From Smithellaceae bacterium (GTDB lineage: Bacteria > Desulfobacterota > Syntrophia > Syntrophales > Smithellaceae), in the NCBI GenBank assembly GCA_028693285.1, contig JAQUVQ010000009.1, forward strand, positions 165 through 64,164: DNA of 64,000 bases. The letters run 5' to 3'. The notes under the pieces are model-generated. The model made no database searches. It was not told the DNA's origin and worked only from the letters and a program-made list of their open reading frames with translations. Position numbers and translations under genes: made by a program. Each line of letters opens with the position of its first letter. The stretch's first letter is position 1. Positions 1-8,689 of this stretch are shown here, piece by piece.

Positions 1-777
1 AACATTGCGGCCGCCGTCGGCGGGAGCGGAGGATTCAAACTGGAAGACCTGGCCGCCAGAGCGGACCTGATCGCCGTGCTGGGCGGCGACGGCACGATGC
101 TGCGCACCGCCCGCTATGTCGCGCAGCACCCCGTGCCCATCGTCGGCATCAACATGGGGACGTTCGGGTATCTCACGGAAGTCAATCTCAACGAGACGTA
201 CGCGGCTTTCGAACTGATTCTCAAGGGCGATTTCCTGACGGAAAAACGGATGATGCTGGATGCGAAAATCCGCCGGGGCAACAAAATCATCGGTTCGGGC
301 ATGGTGTTGAACGACGTGGTGATCAACCGCGGCAATCTTTCCCGCATCGTCGAGCTGGAAACGTCCGTTAACGGCCATTATCTCACAACCTACAAATCCG
401 ACGGTCTGATCATTTCAACCCCCACGGGCTCGACGGCCTATTCGCTTTCCGCCGGAGGCCCGATTGTTGTTCCCGGCAAAGAATTGATCATCATTAATCC
501 GATCTGTCCCCACACGCTGACCAACCGGCCGATTATTTTCCCCGAAAATTCCGACCTGCAGATCACGCTTTGGTCCAAGGAAAGCGGCGCCACCGTGACG
601 CTGGACGGACAGGAATCCTACCGGATCAGTTCCGGCGATGTCATGACCATACGAAAATCAAAATTTTATACGAGGCTGGTGCTTTCACCGCACCGCAGTT
701 ACGGGGAGATTCTGCGTTCAAAACTGGGCTGGGGCAGTCTGCCTTCAGGCGCTGGGAAAAGGAAAAATGCTTCGTGA
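1..777 (+). CDS. nadK: NAD(+) kinase, 5' end cut by window edge
   Basis: Frame 1 is open from nt 1. Carries the GGDGT motif (LGGDGTML), an NRG motif and TPTGSTAYSLSAGGPIV, typical of NadK/PpnK. Confidence 0.9.
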   Translation, partial: NIAAAVGGSGGFKLEDLAARADLIAVLGGDGTMLRTARYVAQHPVPIVGINMGTFGYLTEVNLNETYAAFELILKGDFLTEKRMMLDAKIRRGNKIIGSGMVLNDVVINRGNLSRIVELETSVNGHYLTTYKSDGLIISTPTGSTAYSLSAGGPIVVPGKELIIINPICPHTLTNRPIIFPENSDLQITLWSKESGATVTLDGQESYRISSGDVMTIRKSKFYTRLVLSPHRSYGEILRSKLGWGSLPSGAGKRKNAS

Positions 778-2488
778 TCTGAGCATTGCTAATTTTGCCA
801 TCATCGACGAACTGCGCGTTTCGTTTGAAGAAGGTCTGAACATTATTTCGGGAGAGACCGGCGCGGGCAAGTCCATTCTGATCGGGGCGGTCAGCCTGCT
901 TTTGGGCGACCGGGCCGCGGCGGACATGATCCGGACGCAAACGGACACGGCGACCGTGGAGGCGCTCTTTGATATTCAGGGCAACCGGGCGCTTCAGGAG
1001 AAGCTGGCCCGCATGGGGTTTGCCGACGGGGACGACCTCGTGATCCGCCGGGTCATTTCGCGCTCCGGCAAGAACAAAGCGCAAATCAACGGACAGATGG
1101 CAACGCTGGCGAATCTGGCCGCGATCAGCGAATCGCTGATCAATATCTGCGGGCAGCACGAACATCAGGTGATTCTCTTTTCGGAAAATCACATCGACAT
1201 TCTCGACGCTTTCGGCGGCATTCTGGACGCCCGCGGGGAATACGCGGCCGTTTATGACCGCTATCAGAAGTGCCTCGGCCGGATGGCGAAGCTGGAGGAT
1301 CTGCGCCGCCACCGCGCGGAAAAAGCCGATTGGATTCGGTTTCAGCTTGCGGAAATCAACGACCTGAATCCCGTCGCGGGCGAAGATGTTCTGCTTTCCG
1401 ATGAAAAGAAAGTACTGGCCAATGCGCAGAAGCTTGCGGACTGGGCGAACCGGGCTTACGCGCTGCTTTACGCGGATGCGGGCTCTATCAATGAAAAGCT
1501 CAAGGAAGCGCTCTCGCAGATTCAGGAAATTCAAAAGATCGATGCAGGGTTGAATCTTCGGCCGGCCGATGTGGAAGCGAGCTACGCCGTGTTGCAGGAA
1601 GCGGCGCTGACGCTTCGTGATTATAAGCAAAAACTGGTTTTTGATCCCGAACGGCTGGCGGCGATCGATGAACGGCAGGACGCCATGGGCCGGCTCAAGC
1701 GCAAGCATGGCCAGACGCTGGACGCCGTATTGAAACGGAAGCGGGAAATGGAAGAAGAGCTGCAGGACGTCTCCGGCGCGGAGGAAGAGCTGGCGCGGCT
1801 CGGGAAGGAAAAAGATGCGGTAGCGGGAGAGCTTCGCGAAAAGGCGCTCGAGCTTTCTCAGATGAGGCTGCGGGCCGCGCAAAGCCTGGAGCGGGCGGTG
1901 GACCGGGAAATCCGTGATCTGAACATGCCTCACGCATCCTTTGCCGTGAAATTTCTGCGTCGCTGTTCCAGGGACGAAAACACCTGCGGCCCGAAGGGCG
2001 GCGATGAGATTGAATTTTATCTGACGGCCAATGCCGGGGAGGAGCCTAAGGCGCTCCATAAAATTGCGTCCGGCGGCGAGTTGTCGCGCATCGTGCTGGC
2101 GCTGAAGAATGTTTTGACGCGGATCGGTTCGGTAGACACCGTTGTGTTTGATGAAGTGGATTCCGGCATCGGCGGCGCCACCGCGGAGATTGTCGGCCGC
2201 AAGTTGAAGACGTTGTCGGCGCATCATCAGGTGATCTGCATCACGCATCTGCCGCAGATTGCCAGCTTTGGCGGCCCTCATCTGCGGGTCAGCAAGCAGG
2301 TCGCCGGCGGCCGGACGTCCACGGTCGTGGAAAAAATCGACGACGCGCAGAAAATCGAGGAAATCGGCCGAATGCTGGGCGGCGTGGATGTGACCGAAAC
2401 CGCGAGGGACCATGCCCGCGAATTGCTGGCCGCCGCGGGGGCGGACGAAGGAGGAAGCAGACATGCTAAGAAAAGCGCGCATCGGTGA
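767..2488 (+). CDS. recN: DNA repair protein RecN
   Basis: 573 aa. N-terminal Walker A GETGAGKS, long coiled-coil middle, C-terminal SMC signature SGGELSRI and Walker B FDEVDSGIGG. Overlaps the nadK stop by 11 nt. Confidence 0.93.
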   Translation: MLRDLSIANFAIIDELRVSFEEGLNIISGETGAGKSILIGAVSLLLGDRAAADMIRTQTDTATVEALFDIQGNRALQEKLARMGFADGDDLVIRRVISRSGKNKAQINGQMATLANLAAISESLINICGQHEHQVILFSENHIDILDAFGGILDARGEYAAVYDRYQKCLGRMAKLEDLRRHRAEKADWIRFQLAEINDLNPVAGEDVLLSDEKKVLANAQKLADWANRAYALLYADAGSINEKLKEALSQIQEIQKIDAGLNLRPADVEASYAVLQEAALTLRDYKQKLVFDPERLAAIDERQDAMGRLKRKHGQTLDAVLKRKREMEEELQDVSGAEEELARLGKEKDAVAGELREKALELSQMRLRAAQSLERAVDREIRDLNMPHASFAVKFLRRCSRDENTCGPKGGDEIEFYLTANAGEEPKALHKIASGGELSRIVLALKNVLTRIGSVDTVVFDEVDSGIGGATAEIVGRKLKTLSAHHQVICITHLPQIASFGGPHLRVSKQVAGGRTSTVVEKIDDAQKIEEIGRMLGGVDVTETARDHARELLAAAGADEGGSRHAKKSAHR

Positions 2489-2921
2489 CGTCAAAACCAT
2501 TCACCGGCTGATCAATGTGTCGGCGGCGAAAGGGGAGATGCTGCCCCGTTCCCTGATGGACATCTATAATTCCGTTCGGGACTTCATCGTGTATTTTGAT
2601 GAAGCCGAGCAGAAGATCGTGGGAATCTGCGCGATGAACATCATCTGGGAAAACCTGGCCGAAATCCGTTCTCTTTATGTGGACGACGCCTTCCGGAGAA
2701 AAGGCATCGGCCGAAAGCTGGTTGAATTCTGCATTTCCGACGCCATCACCCTGGAGCTGTTTCGCATTTTTACCCTGACGTACAAGAAAGAATTCTTTGC
2801 CGGAGTAGGCTTTAAGGAAGTGGACCGTTCCATTTTGCCGGAGAAGGTCTGGTCGGACTGTTTCCGCTGCCCCAAATTTCCCGACTACTGCGACGAAACC
2901 GCGATGATCATCGAATTATGA
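2463..2921 (+). CDS. GNAT family N-acetyltransferase (short ArgA-like)
   Basis: Acetyl-CoA binding motif RRKGIGRKL. ATG at 2463 is preceded by GAAGGAGGAAG. The longer ORF-track start at 2412 has no RBS. Confidence 0.8.
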   Translation: MLRKARIGDVKTIHRLINVSAAKGEMLPRSLMDIYNSVRDFIVYFDEAEQKIVGICAMNIIWENLAEIRSLYVDDAFRRKGIGRKLVEFCISDAITLELFRIFTLTYKKEFFAGVGFKEVDRSILPEKVWSDCFRCPKFPDYCDETAMIIEL

Positions 2922-4105
2922 AGCTTCTGAAGATCTATTTTCTCCTGACGCTGACGGTCATGGCCCTGGCGGCCGGCTGCGCAAAAAAAGAGGCATTCAG
3001 GCCGGAGCCGCCCCCGCCCGAGAAGGCGCTGGTTCCGGCGGATGCCCGGCGGATGGACTTTGTCGACGACCTCGACGCCGAATCCCTTCTGCTGGCGATT
3101 GACCGCAGTCTGCGCTATTACGACGGTGCCGGAAAAAATCAGACCTTTCAGCTGGTGGACCGTAAGGTGAGCGCGCCGCGGATGAAGGAAACGCTGATCG
3201 CTTTTCGCGAAATTCTGGCATCCGATATTCCCGTTGAGCAGAAGAAAAAACGGATTGCGGAAGAATTTCTCCTGCTTCGGGCGGCGGGGGAAAACGGGGA
3301 CGGCGTCGTCCTGTTTACCGGCTACTATGAGCCGCTTTTGGAAGGCTCTCTGACGAAGACGGAGAAATACAAATATCCGCTCTACCGCCCGCCGCCGGAC
3401 ATCGTCGTGGAAAAGATTTCCAAACATGAAACCAGAATCAGCCGCCGTGAAGACGGCCGGCTGGTTCCCTATTACTCCCGCCGGGAAATCGATGTGGACG
3501 GCGTATTGCAGGGCAGGGGGCTGGAATTGATCTGGGTGTCCGACCCCGTCGAGCTGAATTCCCTGCACACCCAGGGATCGGGAAAGATTCGTCTGGAAGA
3601 CGGAAAAGTGCTGACCGTGAGCTACGCGCAGAACAACGGCCGGCCGTTTCGCTCCGCGACGCAGAACCTTTTGGATGAAAACAGGCTGGACCGGAGCGAC
3701 GCCTCCTACCGCGGGTTCAAAGCCTGGCTCAAAGGCAAGAGCGAAAAAGAAATCTATGAAATTTTAAGCCACAACGAACGCTACATTTTTTTCCGCTTCG
3801 TGGACCGCGAACCGGTCGGTTCGCTGGGGCAGCCGGTGACGCCTCACCGGTCGATTGCCACGGACCCGGCGTATTTTCCGCAGGGCGCGCCGGCGTTCAT
3901 CCGTTTGCGAAAACCGGTTCTGGACGAGGATTACCGTGTGGTCCGCCGCGTCGAATTTTCGCGCTTTGTCCTGAACCAGGACAAGGGATCCGCCATTCGG
4001 GGCCCCGGGCGCGTCGATCTGTTCTGCGGGTTCGGCCCCGAAGCGCAGGCCACCGCCGGCAGCCTCAAGGAAAAAGGCGAACTCTTCTTTCTGCTGCTCA
4101 AATAA
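2918..4105 (+). CDS. mltA: membrane-bound lytic murein transglycosylase A-like lipoprotein
   Basis: Lipobox LAAGC. MltA-type core (GYYEP..L.GS, YPLY) and a C-terminal 3D-domain motif DKGSAIRGPGRVDLFCG. ATGA overlap with the GNAT gene. Confidence 0.8.
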   Translation: MKLLKIYFLLTLTVMALAAGCAKKEAFRPEPPPPEKALVPADARRMDFVDDLDAESLLLAIDRSLRYYDGAGKNQTFQLVDRKVSAPRMKETLIAFREILASDIPVEQKKKRIAEEFLLLRAAGENGDGVVLFTGYYEPLLEGSLTKTEKYKYPLYRPPPDIVVEKISKHETRISRREDGRLVPYYSRREIDVDGVLQGRGLELIWVSDPVELNSLHTQGSGKIRLEDGKVLTVSYAQNNGRPFRSATQNLLDENRLDRSDASYRGFKAWLKGKSEKEIYEILSHNERYIFFRFVDREPVGSLGQPVTPHRSIATDPAYFPQGAPAFIRLRKPVLDEDYRVVRRVEFSRFVLNQDKGSAIRGPGRVDLFCGFGPEAQATAGSLKEKGELFFLLLK

Positions 4106-4309
4106 ATTCGATCTTTACTTATCGCCACTGACCGGGCGCTTTCCATTTTGACGGGACAGGCCGATCATTAAAACAGATCAGAATATCTTCCGCATAAGGA
4201 TATGCATTTGGTCTGGAGCAACCATGCCGGCATCTCCTAAAGTTTTCGGTTCAGGTGAGATACGTCTGAACCGGCAAAATCATATCGGATCATAATCATG
4301 CTTGCAGCA

Positions 4310-4425
4310 ATTCCCCATCGGGAATATTCATGCAGCAAGAAGCATATTCGCCATAAACGATTCCCTATCGGGAATATATTGCTTGACTGTGGCGTTATAA
4401 GCGGTTATTATTCCCGAAAAGGAAT
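4310..4425 (+). promoter_or_regulatory. three phased 16-bp palindromes ATTCCC-N4-GGGAAT, candidate HipB operators
   Basis: attccccatcgggaat at 4310-4325, attccctatcgggaat at 4360-4375, and attcccgaaaaggaat (imperfect) at 4410-4425. The starts are exactly 50 bp apart. Confidence 0.6.
4383..4411 (+). promoter_or_regulatory. sigma70-like promoter of hipBA (TTGACT-N17-TATTAT)
   Basis: -35 TTGACT at 4383-4388 and -10 TATTAT at 4406-4411. The -10 overlaps operator copy 3. Confidence 0.55.
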
Positions 4426-4442
4426 GACGGAGAACAGGAAAG

Positions 4443-4673
4443 TTGAAGATCAAAGCAGCCACGGCGGCAAATATCGGCGCAGCCATCAGGAAAAAACGCA
4501 AGGAAGACGGACTGACTCTGGCCGATGCGGCGGCTTTATGCGGCGTCGGGTACAGATTTTTGTCTGATCTGGAAAACGGCAAGCCGACCGCGCAGATGGG
4601 AAAAGTCCTGCAGGTGCTGACGGCGCTGGGACTCGATCTTTACATTGCATCCAGGGAGTGGCCGGATGAATAA
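4443..4673 (+). CDS. hipB: XRE-family HTH antitoxin, HipB-like
   Basis: 76 aa with TTG start after GGAGAACAGGAAAG. HTH segment LTLADAAALCGVGYRFLSDLENGK. Sits directly upstream of and overlapping hipA. Confidence 0.8.
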   Translation: MKIKAATAANIGAAIRKKRKEDGLTLADAAALCGVGYRFLSDLENGKPTAQMGKVLQVLTALGLDLYIASREWPDE

Positions 4674-5910
4674 TCATATCGGCAATCCGGGATTGGATGT
4701 CTATCTCCGGGATCAGAAAGTTGGGCGCCTGTGGCTGGATGAAAAAAGACGCTTTGTGTTTCAATATGACGAGGCCTGGATCAGCAAAAAAGGCGCCATA
4801 CCATTATCTTTGCACCTCCCCCTGAGAGCTGAGACCTATCCTGATGATCTGTCCCGTCCTTTTTTTTCCAATCTTCTGCCGGAAGCGGAGATCAAACGAA
4901 TCATCGCTCAGCGTCTGCAAATTTCAGTAAACAATGACTTTGCCATGCTGGGCAGCATCGGCGGCGAATGCGCCGGGGCGGTATCCGTGCTCCCCTCAGG
5001 CATTGCGCCTGCTGTGAAACCGGGTTATCGGGAACTTAAAGAAGAAGAACTGCACAAGATTATCATCGACCTGCCCCGAAGGCCGTTGATGGCCGGCGTG
5101 GAAGGGATGCGGCTTTCCCTGGCCGGAGCGCAAAACAAGCTGCCGGTTTACATGGAGGACGACCGCATCTTCATCGCCTCGGGAAATGCGCCAAGCACGC
5201 ATATTCTGAAACCGCCAATCAGGGATCTGGAGGATACGGTAGAAAATGAAGCTTTTTGCATGATGCTGGCTCAAAAGATGGCGCTGCCCGCTCCGCCGGT
5301 TAAAATCCGCCGGGGGCTTGATCAGCTTTTCATCATCGAGCGTTATGACCGGAGCCGCGATAAGAGTGGCCAAATCGTGCGCATGCACCAGGAAGACTTT
5401 TGCCAGGCCCTTGGATTTCTGCCCGATCAGAAATACGAAAGTGAAGGCGGCCCTTCTCTAAAACACTGTTTTACTCTGCTACAGGAAAAAAGCATACGCC
5501 CCGCTGCCGACCGCATGACCCTGTTGCGATGGGTGATCTTCAACTTCCTGATCGGCAATGCCGACGCCCACGCCAAGAATCTGGCCATGATCTTCACCGA
5601 CCGGGGGCCGCGCCTGGCGCCCTTTTACGATCTGATCTGCACGCAGGTCTATCCGGATTTAACGGAAAAGGCGGCCATGCGGATAGGCGGCGAAAACAGG
5701 CCGTCCTGGATACAGCAGAAACACTGGGAGAAACTGGGCGAGGCCGTTGCGATCAAGCCGGGCCTTATTGTAAAAACATGGAAAGATATGTCCAGCGGCA
5801 TCATTCCAAAGGCGCAAGTCATGGTGAATGATTTCAAAAAATCACACGGAAGCACAGGAATCATTGAAAAGATAATGGCCGTCATTGAGAAACGGGCCGG
5901 TGAAGTCTGA
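4666..5910 (+). CDS. hipA: type II toxin HipA family serine/threonine kinase
   Basis: N-terminal HipA coupling domain (VYLRDQKVGRLWLDE), SLAGAQNKLPV, and catalytic loop FLIGNADAHAKNLA. ATG at 4666 follows GGGAG. An alternative ATG at 4645 is possible. Confidence 0.88.
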   Translation: MNNHIGNPGLDVYLRDQKVGRLWLDEKRRFVFQYDEAWISKKGAIPLSLHLPLRAETYPDDLSRPFFSNLLPEAEIKRIIAQRLQISVNNDFAMLGSIGGECAGAVSVLPSGIAPAVKPGYRELKEEELHKIIIDLPRRPLMAGVEGMRLSLAGAQNKLPVYMEDDRIFIASGNAPSTHILKPPIRDLEDTVENEAFCMMLAQKMALPAPPVKIRRGLDQLFIIERYDRSRDKSGQIVRMHQEDFCQALGFLPDQKYESEGGPSLKHCFTLLQEKSIRPAADRMTLLRWVIFNFLIGNADAHAKNLAMIFTDRGPRLAPFYDLICTQVYPDLTEKAAMRIGGENRPSWIQQKHWEKLGEAVAIKPGLIVKTWKDMSSGIIPKAQVMVNDFKKSHGSTGIIEKIMAVIEKRAGEV

Positions 5911-5918
5911 AACAAAGG

Positions 5919-6125
5919 TCAGGCCAACCCGCCGAGCCTGAAGAAAAACATGCACAGTCCTCCAACAAAAATTGGGGTCGCAAGATCCGGGTTGCCCAGC
6001 GTCGGCATATCGGCAAAGCGATACATTCCACGTCCCAGTCGCTCAATGACGCCTTGATCGCGCATCTTGTAGCGGATCCGGGAAGGATGGAAATCAATGA
6101 ATGAGATCCTTTTAGGCCTGGCCAT
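5919..6125 (-). pseudogene. possible remnant of an AbiEi-type antitoxin N-terminal domain
   Basis: The 68-aa ORF contains ...MRDQGVIERLGRGMYRFADMP..., resembling the AbiEi_4 winged-helix motif (G.l.rl.RGvY). The rest of the family domain is missing, and the ORF overlaps the next gene's start. Confidence 0.3.
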
Positions 6126-6384
6126 AGCCCTGCAGATCGGCGACGGAGTGACGACCTGTTTTGCCCTTCAAAAGCAGGGCGTGAGGGAACGAAACGCCAT
6201 TCTGCGCCGGCTGTTTGACAGGCTCGGCGTTGTCCGCGGACTGGCGCTGGCCAAAAGCTTCGGCGTTGCGGTTTGCTGGATTGCCTACGCGTACGGCGGG
6301 CCGTTTGCCGTTTACACTCTGGGCTTCATCGTTGCTTTGTATGCGGTTGTCGTGATCAATAATCTTAAATCGCTTTGCCGGTGA
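6097..6384 (+). CDS. small integral membrane protein (DUF5658-like)
   Basis: 95 aa with three predicted hydrophobic helices. Motif GDGVTT near the N-terminus. Confidence 0.5.
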   Translation: MNEILLGLAIALQIGDGVTTCFALQKQGVRERNAILRRLFDRLGVVRGLALAKSFGVAVCWIAYAYGGPFAVYTLGFIVALYAVVVINNLKSLCR

Positions 6385-6431
6385 CGTTTCCCGCCACGGT
6401 CGCAAAGTCCTGTTGCCGCACATCCCCGATG

Positions 6432-7655
6432 CTATGTGAAATGAACGGCCAGCATGGAAAAGTCGTCTTCCAGGATTTTCTGGCCGTGGTAGTCCTGCAT
6501 CTTCAGGTACAGAGCGTCAATGTCTTCGCCCGCTTCCATTTTGTGCTGCAGCAGATATTCCCCCAGTTGATCCAGCGTCCACATGCTGCCTTCGGGAGGA
6601 TCCACTTCGTAAACGCCGTCGGAAAAGACGTAAAGATTCGCTCCGGCCGGAACAGTGACGGAACTTCCCTGATACGCGCTTTCCGGAAGGCCGCCGATGA
6701 ACAGGTTGTTCGTCATGAGTTTGGTCAGGGTTCCTTCTTTGGAGATGAGAAACGCGGGCGGGTGGCCGCCGCTGGCAAAGCGAAGCTCCCGGGTCCGGCG
6801 GTCGAAAACGCCGTACCAGATGGTGAAGTAAAGGTTGTTGTGATGTTCCATTTGAAAGGCGTTGTTGAGCGCCGCCAGAACCCGGTCCGGCGAATGGAAA
6901 TCCGTGTCGGGCAGCGTCTGGGAGCGGATGGCGTTGAAGGCGGAAACGGAAAGCAGTGCCGAGCCGACCCCGTGCCCGCAGACGTCCAGCAGGTAAACGG
7001 CAAAGGTGTTTTCATCGAGCCAGTGGTAGCCGAAGCTGTCGCCGCCCAGTTGGGCGCTGGGGAAAAAGCGCCATGCCGTCGTGATCGTCGGATCAGACAG
7101 CGGGGGCGGCATGAGCGACACCACGTAGTCGGCCGCCTGGGCCAGCTCCGCGGCCAGCGCCTGCCGGCTGGCGAGCAGCGCGGCATAGGCTTCGTTTCGC
7201 TGCAGCAGGTTGATATAGCCCCGGGAATGGTACCGGATGCGGGCGACGAGTTCGATGCGGTCGGGAAGCTTCACCAGGTAGTCATTGGCGCCGAGCGCGA
7301 AGGCGTCCGCTTTCGTGACCGCCTCTTCCTTGGAAGATAAAACGATCAGGGGCACGTCCTTGAGCTGGGGATGGACGCGGAAAAATTTCACCAGCGTCAG
7401 GCCGTCGATGTCCGGCATAATCAGGTCCTGAAGGATCACCGTCGGCTGAAACGAGGCGGCGGTGGGGATGGCCTGCGTGGGGTCCTGGCAGAACTGAAAA
7501 ACGATGTCCGTTTCCGGCTCGAGCATTCTTTTCACCGCCGCGCCGACAATCGCCTGATCGTCGATGAGCAGGACCTTGATTTTGTGGTCCGTCAGTATGG
7601 TTGCCGGGTCCCGGCTTCCGGACGGGGCGGGGTTTTGATTTTCTTTTTCGGTCAT
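6432..7655 (-). CDS. response regulator fused to PP2C/SpoIIE-type phosphatase (RsbU-like)
   Basis: Canonical receiver (LLIDDQ, LQDLIMPDIDG, VLSS, YLVKLP) followed by a PP2C domain (GGDSFGY, LLDVCGHGVGSAL, SDGVYE). Last gene of the che operon, with a 4-nt overlap with cheB. Confidence 0.87.
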   Translation of the reverse strand: MTEKENQNPAPSGSRDPATILTDHKIKVLLIDDQAIVGAAVKRMLEPETDIVFQFCQDPTQAIPTAASFQPTVILQDLIMPDIDGLTLVKFFRVHPQLKDVPLIVLSSKEEAVTKADAFALGANDYLVKLPDRIELVARIRYHSRGYINLLQRNEAYAALLASRQALAAELAQAADYVVSLMPPPLSDPTITTAWRFFPSAQLGGDSFGYHWLDENTFAVYLLDVCGHGVGSALLSVSAFNAIRSQTLPDTDFHSPDRVLAALNNAFQMEHHNNLYFTIWYGVFDRRTRELRFASGGHPPAFLISKEGTLTKLMTNNLFIGGLPESAYQGSSVTVPAGANLYVFSDGVYEVDPPEGSMWTLDQLGEYLLQHKMEAGEDIDALYLKMQDYHGQKILEDDFSMLAVHFT

Positions 7656-8689
7656 GATGGTTTCCCTTTTCGGTTGGTGATTTTTTTTGCAATGGATTCG
7701 GCGATGCTGTCCAGGGGCAGGATTTCTGAAGCGCCGCCTAGTTCCACGGCCGCCGCCGGCATGCCATAGACGACGGAGGTCTTTTCATCCTGGACGATCG
7801 TGTGCCAGCCGGTTTTAAAGAGAGCCGACAGGCCTTCTCCCCCGTCCCGCCCCATGCCGGTGAGGAGGATCGCCACGTCATTTTGCGGCCAGTATTGCCG
7901 AAGACTTTCAAAAAGCGCGTTGACGGACGGACGATAGGGATAATTTCGGGGGTGCTCCGTGTAGTGAAGCGATCCGTCCGGTCCAAGGACAAGGTGATCG
8001 TTGGTTTGGGCCACCAGGGCGGCGCCGGGCCGGGGCCGCATGCCTTCGCGGGCAATGGCTACGTCAAGCGGCGTCTGGGAATTCAGCCAGGAGGCGAGGC
8101 CCGAGGCAAACTGCGAATCAACATGCTGGCAGATGACGATCGCGGCGGGAAAATTCCCGGGGAGGCCGGCGAGAATCGTGGCCAGGGCCTTGGGGCCTCC
8201 CGTCGAAGAACCGATGGCGACGAGGGGCGGCCGCGGCTCTTTTTTCGTTTCATGGACGGTCGCAGCCGGTTTTTCCATTCGGGACGCGGTTCCCAGAAGC
8301 CTGGCCATGGTGTCGATTTTTTTGAGAAGGGCGTCTGCCCCTTCCAGAAACCCGTTGGAATGAAGCACGGGCGTGGCAATGACATCCAGCGCCCCGCAGC
8401 CCATGGCCTCGAACACTTTTCCCGCCTGCTGTTGCCGGGCATTGGAAAGGACCAGGATCGCGCAGGGGGTTTCTTTCATCACGTCGCAGATCAGCTTCGC
8501 GCCGTTGACGTCGGCAAGTTCCAGATCGATGAGCAGAATATCCGGCAGCCCATGACGGCATTGCCGGATGACATCGCTTCCGCGTCCCGTGGTCCAGATG
8601 ACCGCGCAGCCGGCATTCGGGGCAATGATTCGGCGCAGGATTTTCAGGGCGTTCTCCTCGTGATGGGCAATGGCGATTTTAAGTGTCAT
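7652..8689 (-). CDS. cheB: chemotaxis protein-glutamate methylesterase, CheB/WspF-like
   Basis: C-terminal CheB esterase domain (VAIGSSTGGP, ICQHVD, LLTGMGRDG). N-terminal receiver-like domain. Confidence 0.88.
   Translation of the reverse strand: MTLKIAIAHHEENALKILRRIIAPNAGCAVIWTTGRGSDVIRQCRHGLPDILLIDLELADVNGAKLICDVMKETPCAILVLSNARQQQAGKVFEAMGCGALDVIATPVLHSNGFLEGADALLKKIDTMARLLGTASRMEKPAATVHETKKEPRPPLVAIGSSTGGPKALATILAGLPGNFPAAIVICQHVDSQFASGLASWLNSQTPLDVAIAREGMRPRPGAALVAQTNDHLVLGPDGSLHYTEHPRNYPYRPSVNALFESLRQYWPQNDVAILLTGMGRDGGEGLSALFKTGWHTIVQDEKTSVVYGMPAAAVELGGASEILPLDSIAESIAKKITNRKGKPS

Noticed and set aside
641-2500. 619-aa ORF antisense to recN
   Set aside because: It lies opposite a gene with unmistakable RecN motifs. 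The translation is Arg/Ala/Gly/Pro-rich and low in complexity, as expected for stop-poor antisense frames in GC-rich DNA.
4298-4582. Two about 85-aa ORFs overlapping the hipB promoter and gene on both strands
   Set aside because: They overlap the operator/promoter region and the well-supported hipB frame. No RBS or family resemblance was seen.
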